NCBI RefSeq assembly: GCF_902713615.1
Contig: NW_024055760.1
Span: forward strand, 248,001 to 312,000
Reading direction: 5' to 3'
DNA: 64,000 nt
Origin: Scyliorhinus canicula
Taxonomy: Eukaryota
Positions 55,638-64,000 of the stretch are shown here, piece after piece. The notes beneath the pieces were generated by a model. It searched no databases and was not told where the DNA came from. It was given only the letters and a program-made list of their open reading frames with translations. The first letter of the stretch is position 1, and every line of letters starts with the position of its first letter. Position numbers and translations under genes: made by a program.

Positions 55638-56629
55638 AGCTGGCAGCCAATGGACCAGTGACACATTCATCTGAACTGTCTTGTTGCAGCAGGGGCTCAT
55701 TTAGCACAGTGGGCTAAATAGCTGGCTTGCAATACAGAACAATGCCAGCAGTGCAGGTTCAATTACCGTACCGGCCTCACCGAACAGGCCCCAGAATGTG
55801 GCGACTAGGTGCTTTTCAGAGTAACTTCATTGAAGCCTACTTGTGACAATAATAATTCTCATGGTTCAGCTGAGAGGCCGTGTCACTTCTTACAAAAAGA
55901 CGTCTGTTTCTTGAAAGCCGATGTCTCAACTTAGAAGACCAGAAGAAATAGAACTTATATTTGTTCAGCAAATATCTAACGGAACAATGCTTTATCTTCA
56001 ATTATTAATGCATCATTCTTATCTTCCTACAGAAAAAATCATCCACCTTTACTCAATATTTGTTTCATTATTCAATAAATATTTTTATTTATTATATATG
56101 TCTTCATTTTGATTGAATAACTCTGAAATATATACCATTGAATTGCAAACACAACTGAGCAACAAAAGAAAGTTAACTGGGTAATACAAATCACATGGTG
56201 CTTTGCTGAGTTTGACCACATTTAGCTTTTAAACAAAGTCAAATATTGTTAAATGGAAGTGAATTGAGAATTATGTGTTTCTTATATTTGACCCCTCTGT
56301 GGTTTGGTGTGAAAGATTCTGCAGCCTAAATACCGTTCATGTATAAGAAAGGAGGGGTGACAGCAAATCCACACTGAGCCTGGATTTCCTCATCTCCCTG
56401 AGTGGCCTTTCCTGTTTCTACATCAAAAATACTTTTTTTTCAACAATATGGTTCAATTAATTCTCTGGATAGCATCTAATTCAGTTATTGATTAGTTTGT
56501 GTTATCATCAGACTTTTAATTTGACTTTTATTCAATTTAATATCTGTCACAGGCAGATTCGATCCCAGATCCCCAGAGCATTAACCTGGGTCTCTGGATT
56601 ACTAGCCCAGTAACAATACCATTACTCCA

Positions 56630-56960
56630 CTGCCCAGCCCACATAGTCTTGGCAGAATATGGGACGGAATTCTCCGACCCCACACCGGTGCGGAGAATAG
56701 CGGGACGCACCGTTTTTTCCCGCGACGCCGGTCTGACACGCTCCCGCTATTCTCCCCAACGCGCAAATTTTTCCGACCGCCTTTCCCATGAATAACCCGG
56801 TCAAATTGCCCAAAATGGCCAAAACCGGCCGCCTGCTATTCTCCGGCATAGATGGGCCGAAGTCCCGACGTCGGCACGCAAGTTGAGTACGCCGGCTGAC
56901 ACACCTGCTTTTCAAATTCATCAGCCAGGGAGGAGGTGAGTGGACCGCCGGACTGTGAGA
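56630..56960. repeat. GC-rich repeat with internal inverted repeats, possibly derived from a DNA transposon
   Basis: GGAGAATAGCGGGA ... TCCCGCTATTCTCC perfect 14-bp inverted pair; family not identified. Confidence 0.4.
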
Positions 56961-57479
56961 AAACCGGGGCTGACATCCCGGAGAAATGGCTGCAGGAAGC
57001 CACATGTTAGAGGTATAAAAGGGCTTCCTTGACCTTGTTACTAATGACAATGAATACACTATGAAAATAACTATTTTAAAACTGTGATTACACATGCGTA
57101 CTTACAGCTTCCTACATTACAACAGTGAATACATTTCAAAAGTACTCCATTGGCTTTAAAACACTTTAAGAGGTCCAGTAGCCATGAGAGGTTTAATAGA
57201 AATGTACATTTGTTCTAATTGTCCACAAACTCGGATACATTACACTCGGTGTCCTCACCAAAACCATTGATAAAGATTGAGTCTTAATTTTGTGGAATAA
57301 GCACATTGTTGACACCATTTTGAATACTGTGTGAAACTCCAGACACACCATATGCACAATTATTTGTTGTAAAACACAGCGAGTTGTTGTGATTTGGAAT
57401 GCACTGTCTAGAAATGGTGCTGGAATCTCATTGGACTGTAACTTCCAAAAGGGAATTTGGCACATTCTGAAAAAGAAAA

Positions 57480-58460
57480 CAAAATAGTCGAACTATGGGA
57501 TTAAATGGGTCGATGTACAGAGAGCTGACATGGGAAAAATGGGCCAAATAGACTCCTCTATGCTCTGGGACTCTCGTGTCCATGTAAAGCGAGTGGTAAT
57601 GACCTGGAACCTACTGCCTACGAGGGTAAGGAGATGCAGAGACGACGAGAGGATCTCAATAGGAAATTGGACAACACTGAGAGAAATGAATTCAGGGATA
57701 GAACGGGGCAATGGACAGACTGGCTTGCTCCACAGAGAGCCGACACTGTCTCAAAGGGCTGAATGGCCCCATTCCCCACCCTCCAGATGCTGTGATCTCA
57801 GGAGAGAAGTTCAGCTGCTCCAGTCACTCCAACTTACTGGAGTCCCTGATCTCTCGTGCCATTCTTGTAAATGTCCTCTACACCCTCTAAGAACATCACA
57901 TCTTTCCTAAAGTGTGGGGCCCATATATAGGGTTCCATTCTGGAGGGACAGAATTGAAAAGCACGGAGGAAATGTTCAACTTGTTTAGAACCAGGGTTAG
58001 ACTACACTGGGAGCACTGACAACATTGGCGATCTCCATTTCGATAAAGGAAATAGAGGCACTGGATAAGGTGCAACAAATATTCATAATATACAGAACTG
58101 AGAGCATTTAACACTCAGGAAAGGCTGGGGCTGTTTTTTTCTAGATAAGAGAAGACTGATGGGTGACCTGATGAAAGTCTTTGAGATTATGAAAGGATTC
58201 AATAATCCAATAGGAATTTCAGTAGAAACCTCTTTACCGAGCGAGTGGTGAGAATGTGGAACTCACTCCCACAGCGAGTGGTTGAGGTGAACAACAGGAA
58301 TACATTGATCGTAAAGCTAGAGACATACATGAGGGAAAAAGAATAGAACAAGATGCTGATGGGGGAGGTGGGGAGATGTAGAGGGGTGGGTGGAGGATCA
58401 TGTGGAACATAAATACTGACACAGACCATGGCTAACCTCAGCCGGTATGGGAATTTAACC
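57480..58460 (+). mobile_element. Degenerate CR1 3' fragments
   Basis: RVVMTWNLLP and GTGAGAATGTGGAACTCACTCCC-type 3' ORF2 remnants. Confidence 0.6.
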
Positions 58461-59084
58461 TGTGCTGTTGGTGTCACTCAGCACGAACCAGCCATCCAGC
58501 CAACTGAGCTAACCTATCCCCATGTAAATCTGTAATAATTCCTTCAACATTAGTGATTTCCTGTCTCCCACCATACTAGCTAATGTAGTTTCCCAGTGCA
58601 CCTCAGACAACTTGCCCCTCATACCCTGATAGTTTTCTTCTGTGAGAAGTACCAAGATAAATTAAACAAAAGAACCATGTAACCACCATAGCCCATCTTC
58701 ATGGCAATGTGGCATGACTTTTGGGGTTTCCAAACAGAAATGGTAATGAAACATCTTCTAACCTCCAAACCCCCTTTCATTCTTTGTGAAATGTGCAACC
58801 AGATATTCACAAGAAGGCTCAGAGAGAATCAGCCCACTAGAGGCGAAGTCGTGAGACCGGCCAGTCCAGCAGAAAGAAACCGACCATCCCCATTGACCAA
58901 CAGAATGAACAAAATGCAGTCCTGGGTGTAATTGAGAACAGAAACAATAACAGCAGAATCCAATCCCTGTAATCAGTTGTGAACTTGTTGGTGTCTCAGA
59001 AAGTGCGAAGGTGAACGGACTCTCCCCAGTATGAACTCCCTGGTGTGACTGCAGACGGCATAACCGAGTGAATTGTGAAAATAG

Positions 59085-61690
59085 ATGTAAACGGGAGTGA
59101 GATCATCGGGATTATGGAGACATGGCTGCAGGATGAGCAGGGATGGGAATTGAATATATTCAGTATTTAGAAAGGACAGACAAAAAGGAAAAGTGGCAGT
59201 GCTGGTTAAAGAGGAAATTAATGCAATAGTGAGGAAGGATATTCGGTCCAACAATGTGGAATCTGTCTGGGTAGAGCTCAGAAACACCAAGGGGCAAAAA
59301 TATCAGTGGGCATCGTATATAAACGCCCAAACTGCAGTGATGATCGAAATGACATAAAACAGGAAATTAGGCTGATTGTCCAATTTGAAATGAAAATCGC
59401 TTATTGTCACGAGTAGGCTTCAAATGAAGTTACTGTGAAAAGCCCCTAGTCGCCACATTCCGGCGCCTGTTCGGGGAGGCTGTTACGGGAATTGAACCAT
59501 GCTGCTGGCTTGCTTTCAAAGCCAGCGATTAGCCCTGTGAGCTAAACAGCCCCTTATTTCTATTGGTATGTGCAGAGAAAAAGATCGGTGAAGACAAATG
59601 TAGGTTCCTTACAGCAGAAACAGGGGAATGTATAATAGGGAACAAAGAAATGTCTGAGCAAATAAATACATACTTTGGTTCGGTCTTCACAAATGAGGAC
59701 ACAAATCAGATACCAGAAATGTTGGGGAACGCAGGATTTAGTGAGAGGGAGGAACTGAAGGAGATCAATATCAGTAAATATTGTGTTGGGGAAATTGATG
59801 GGATTGAAGGCTGATAAATCCCCTGGGCCTGATAATCTGCATCCCAAAGTACTTAAAGAAGTGGCTCTAGAAATAGTGGAAGCATTGGTGGTCATCTTCC
59901 AGGATTCTATAGACTCTGGAACAGTTCCTGCAGATTGGAGGGTGGCTTATATAATTCCACTCTTTAAAAAGGGATACAGAGAGAAAACTGGGAATTATAG
60001 GCCAGTAAGCCTGATATCGGCAGTGGGGAAAATTCTAAAGTGCATTATCATAGATTTCATACCAAAGCACTTAGAAACCAGTGGCAGGATCGGACAGAGT
60101 CAGCATGGATTTATGAAGAGGAAATCATGCTTGACAAATCTACTGGAATTCTTCAAGGGTGTAACTGGTAGAGTTGATGAGGGGCAGCCAGTGGATGTGG
60201 TATATTTGGACTTTCAGATGGCTTTTGACCAAAGTCACGCATAAGAGATTAGTGGGTAAAAGTAAAGCACATGGGATTAGTGGTAGTGTATTGAGATGGA
60301 TAAAAAAACTGGTTGGCAGACAGGAAACAAAGAGTAGGAATTAATGGTCTTTTCCAAATGGGCAGGCAGTGACGAGTGGGGGACTGCAGGGATCGGTGCT
60401 AGGATCCCAGATAGTCACAAGACATATTAATGATTTTTTAAAAATTCAAGTCCCAATTCCATTTTTCCAATTGAGGGGCAATTCAGCGTGGCCAATTCAC
60501 CTACCCTGTACATCTTTGGGGTTGTGGAGATTAGACCCACCGAGACATGGGGAGAACTTGTATCCACACGGACAGTAACCAAGGGCAGGATTGAACCCTG
60601 GTCGTCAGCGCCGTGAAGCAGCTGTGCTAACCATTGCACCACCCTATATATTAACGATTTAGATGATAGAACAAAATGCAATTTCTCCAACTTTGCAGAT
60701 GACACCACTTTGCGCGGGGTGCAGGGGAGGTTGGGGGGGGGGGGGGGGGGGTTGGTCAGCTGTGAGGAGGATGCAGAGATCCATGGACAATCTGTGATTT
60801 GGACAAGTTGAGTGAGTGGGCAAATGAATGGCAGATGCAGTTTAATTTGGAGAAATGCGAGGTTATCCACTTTGGTACCAAAAACAAGAAGGCAGACTAT
60901 TATCTGAACGGCCATAGATTAAGAGAGGCGGGGAATGTGCAACAAGACCTGGGTATCCTCGTACACCAGTCACTGAAGATAAGCACGCAGCTACAGCAGG
61001 CGGTAAAGAAGGTAAATGATATGCTAGCTTTCATTGCGAGCAGATTCGAATACAGGAGCAGGGATATCTTGCTGCAATTGTACAGGGCCTTGGCGAGGCC
61101 ATATCTGGAATATTGTGTGCAGTTTTCGTCTCCTTATCTGAGGGAGGTGTTCTTGCTCTCGAGGGAGTGCAGCGAAGGTTTACCAGACTGATTCCTGGGA
61201 TGGTGGGACTGATGTATGAGAGACTGAATAAGTTAGGATTGTATTCGCTGGAGGTCAGAAGAATGGGGAATCTCATAGATACCTATAATATTCTAAGAGG
61301 ACTTGACAGGGTAGATGCAGGAAAGATTTTCCCGATGGTGGGAATGTAGAGAACCAGAGGTCGCAGTCGGAGGATACGGGGAAGACCATTTAGGACAGAG
61401 ATGAAGAGAAATTTCTTCAACCAGAGAGTGGTGAGCCTGTGGAATTTGTTACCACAGGAAATAGTTGAGGCCAATACATTGTATGTTTTCAGGAAGCAGT
61501 TAGATATAGCACTTAGGGCGAAGGGGATCAATGGGCAGCATGGTAGCATAGTGCTTAGCACTGTTTTTTCACAGCACCACGGTCCCAGGTTCGATTCCTG
61601 GCTGGGTTACTGTCTATACGGAGTCTGCACGTTCTCCCCAGACGCAAAGGGCCAAATGGCCTCTTCCTGCTCCAGTGTTCTATGTAATCC
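59085..61690 (+). mobile_element. CR1 LINE ORF2 (endonuclease and RT remnants) with nested SINEs, 3' tail abutting the ZNF gene
   Basis: KSPGPDNLHPKVLKE, GNYRPVSL, QSQHGF, VVYLDFQMAFD, SNFADD, LEYCVQF; tail GGGCCAAATGGCCTCTTCCTGCTCC. Confidence 0.88.
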
Positions 61691-61699
61691 CCTCCCACA

Positions 61700-62770
61700 C
61701 TAAGAGCAGGTGAATGGCCTCTCCCCAGTGTGAACTCGCTGGTGTGGCTGCAGACTGGATAACTGTGTGAATCCATTCCCACAAAGGGAGCAGGTGAATG
61801 GTTTCTCCCCATTGTGAACTCGCTGATGTCTCTGCAGGGTGGATGAATCAATAAATCCTTTGCCACACTGAGAGCAGGTCAACAGTTTCTCCCCAGTGTG
61901 AACTCGCTGGTGGTTCCGCAGGTTGGATGAAGCTCGGAATCTCAGCCCACACTGAGAGCAGGTAAATGGCTTCTCCCCAGTGTGAACTCGCTGGTGAGTC
62001 TGCAAGCTGGATGACTGAGTGAATCCCTTCCCACATTGAGAGCAGGTGAACGGGCGCTCAGCAGTGTGAACTCGCTGATGGATCCGCAGGTTGGATAAAG
62101 CACGGAATCCCTTCCCACACTGAGAGCAGGTGAACGGCCTCTCCCCAGTGTGAATTTGCTGATGTCTCTGCAGGGTGGATGAATCAATGAATCCCTTCCC
62201 ACACTGAGAGCAGGTGAATGGCCTCTCCCCAGTGTGAATTCGCTGATGTTTCCGCAGGGTGGATGAATCAATGAATCCCTTCCCACACTGAGAGCAAGTG
62301 AATGACCTCTCCCCAGTGTGAATTCGCTGGTGTTTCTGCAGGGTGAATGAATCAATGAATCCCTTCCCACATTGAGAGCAGGTGAATGGCCTCTCCCCAG
62401 TGTGAAGTCGTTGATGTCTCCACAGGTTGGATAAAGCACGGAATCTCTGCCCACACTGAGAGCAGGTGAACGGCTTCTCCCCAGTATGAAGTCGCTGGTG
62501 TTTCTGCAGGCTGGATAAATCAATTAATCTCTTCCCACACAGAGAGCAGGTGAACGGCCTCTCCCCAGTGTGAGCTCGCTGGTGTACCTGCAGGTGAGAT
62601 AACCGAGTGAATCCCTTCCCACATTCAGAGCAGGTGAACGGCCTTTCCCCAGTGTGACTGCGCCAATGATTCTCCAGCTCAGATGGGAATCTGTATCCCT
62701 TCCCACAGTCCCCACATTTACACGGTTTCTCCATGTTTTGGGTCTCCTCGTGTCTCTCCAGATTGGACAA
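61700..62770 (-). CDS. C2H2 zinc-finger protein, main exon: 12 complete fingers, 13th truncated by TAG at the CR1 junction
   Basis: 356-aa ORF with TGERPF linkers; likely splice acceptor upstream near 63110. Confidence 0.85.
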   Translation of the reverse strand: MSNLERHEETQNMEKPCKCGDCGKGYRFPSELENHWRSHTGERPFTCSECGKGFTRLSHLQVHQRAHTGERPFTCSLCGKRLIDLSSLQKHQRLHTGEKPFTCSQCGQRFRALSNLWRHQRLHTGERPFTCSQCGKGFIDSFTLQKHQRIHTGERSFTCSQCGKGFIDSSTLRKHQRIHTGERPFTCSQCGKGFIDSSTLQRHQQIHTGERPFTCSQCGKGFRALSNLRIHQRVHTAERPFTCSQCGKGFTQSSSLQTHQRVHTGEKPFTCSQCGLRFRASSNLRNHQRVHTGEKLLTCSQCGKGFIDSSTLQRHQRVHNGEKPFTCSLCGNGFTQLSSLQPHQRVHTGERPFTCS

Positions 62771-64000
62771 TCAGTGGAAGCCTTGTCTACACACAGAACA
62801 TGTTCACTGTCTCTCCTCACTGTGAATGGGGTGATGTTATTTCAGGCTGTGTAACTGGTTAAAGCTCTTTCCACCGTCAGTTCATTGGAACACTCTCACT
62901 GGGGTGTGTGTTGTGTGGGTCTCGGTGCTTTTCCAGTCACGCTCACGTTTAAAATCTTTTGAAGCTGAAAAATCAGATAAACATTTTTCTTCTTGCCGAT
63001 AATATTCAGAGCCCGATGATATTCAGATCAGAAGGAATCGAATGAGTTTGTTACATCGAGACGTGATGTTTGATATTTCTGTCTATAATTCCTCCACTTC
63101 CAATATCCTTTAAAACAATTTACAAAAGTCATCAGTTAGTACAGGATAGGAATTCAGAACAGACAATTCTAGTTCCGATGGAACATTATTTCCTCTCTCG
63201 TTCTCCAAAGTCTGTAAATTTCCATCCCACACACTCTCCCTCCATTCTCACTCTGCTGTATCTAATATTCACCCTCCCAATTCTCATGAAGATGCTGATT
63301 CATGTTGATTGACAGATCCCAGCTCAGCTCACTGCTTCCTGACCAGGACACAGAGATTAGAATAGGAGCAAAAGTAGGCCATTCGGCCCAACGAGTCTGC
63401 TCAATCATTCAATGAGATACTTGATCTACCTCAGCTCCATTTTCCCACACGATCCCCATATCTCTCAATATCTTCAATATCTAGAAACCTCTCAATATTT
63501 GTCTTGAACATACCTGATGACTGAGGCTCAACATTCCTCTGGGGTAGAGAATTCCAAAGCTTCACCACATCCTCGAGTGAAGAAATCCCTATTCATCTCA
63601 GCTTTCACTCTATTTTCCTACCTGTTCCCCATAACCCTTAACTCCATTGTCAATAAAATATCTGTTAAACTTGTGCTTCAATATATTCAATGACCCCCAG
63701 ATACAACTGGTCCCTGTGGAAGAGAAATCCAAAGACTAACAACCCTCTGAGGGAAGAGATGACTGGAAATCTATAATGTAGCTACATTCTTATATTACGA
63801 GGAGAAATAATAATACGTTTACTTTATTACAGAACGGTAAATAATATATCTAATCTGTACCATATAATAACACGAGCCATATCTCTGTCCATTATTATTT
63901 TAATGCCCCCTGAAATGTCAGCCATCTGCTGGGGAACCCACCCCTTTAATTGCGAACATTAGAAAAGAGACAATCCTTTTTTAAAATAAATTTCAAGTGA

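Noticed and set aside
11096-61640. SINE heads (GGCAGCACGGTGG...GGTTCGATTCCC) as additional tRNA genes
   Set aside because: They lack a complete cloverleaf and continue into SINE body and LINE-derived tails.

Overview
Repeat-rich vertebrate genomic DNA, most likely from a cartilaginous fish (inferred from HE1-type SINEs, CR1, Rex1 and Penelope repeats; probably a catshark-like species). Three gene systems are interleaved. (1) A rearranged cluster of Pol III tRNA genes and pseudogenes (Pro, Val, Asn, Arg, His, Thr) in segmentally duplicated units, including one foldback inversion. (2) T-cell receptor alpha/delta-type V segments with leader exons, RSSs, promoter motifs and CTCF-like sites: two intact, two pseudogenes, two 5'-truncated V exons carried inside tRNA repeat units, and two orphan leader exons. 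(3) Three tandem C2H2 zinc-finger genes or fragments in the last 18 kb. The most unusual signal is a tRNA-Pro family (TGG and CGG anticodons) with an 18-nt intron at the canonical 37/38 site. The intron has diverged between the two isoacceptors except at the bases that pair with the anticodon loop, and Pro is not one of the intron-bearing tRNA families well known in mammals. Also notable: Penelope terminal repeats carrying minimal hammerhead ribozyme motifs, an apparent pre-tRNA-Pro/SINE chimeric insertion, a V family with 24-bp RSS spacers, and minisatellites derived from retroelement segments. All coordinates were counted by hand; repeat boundaries are approximate and no database searches were run.
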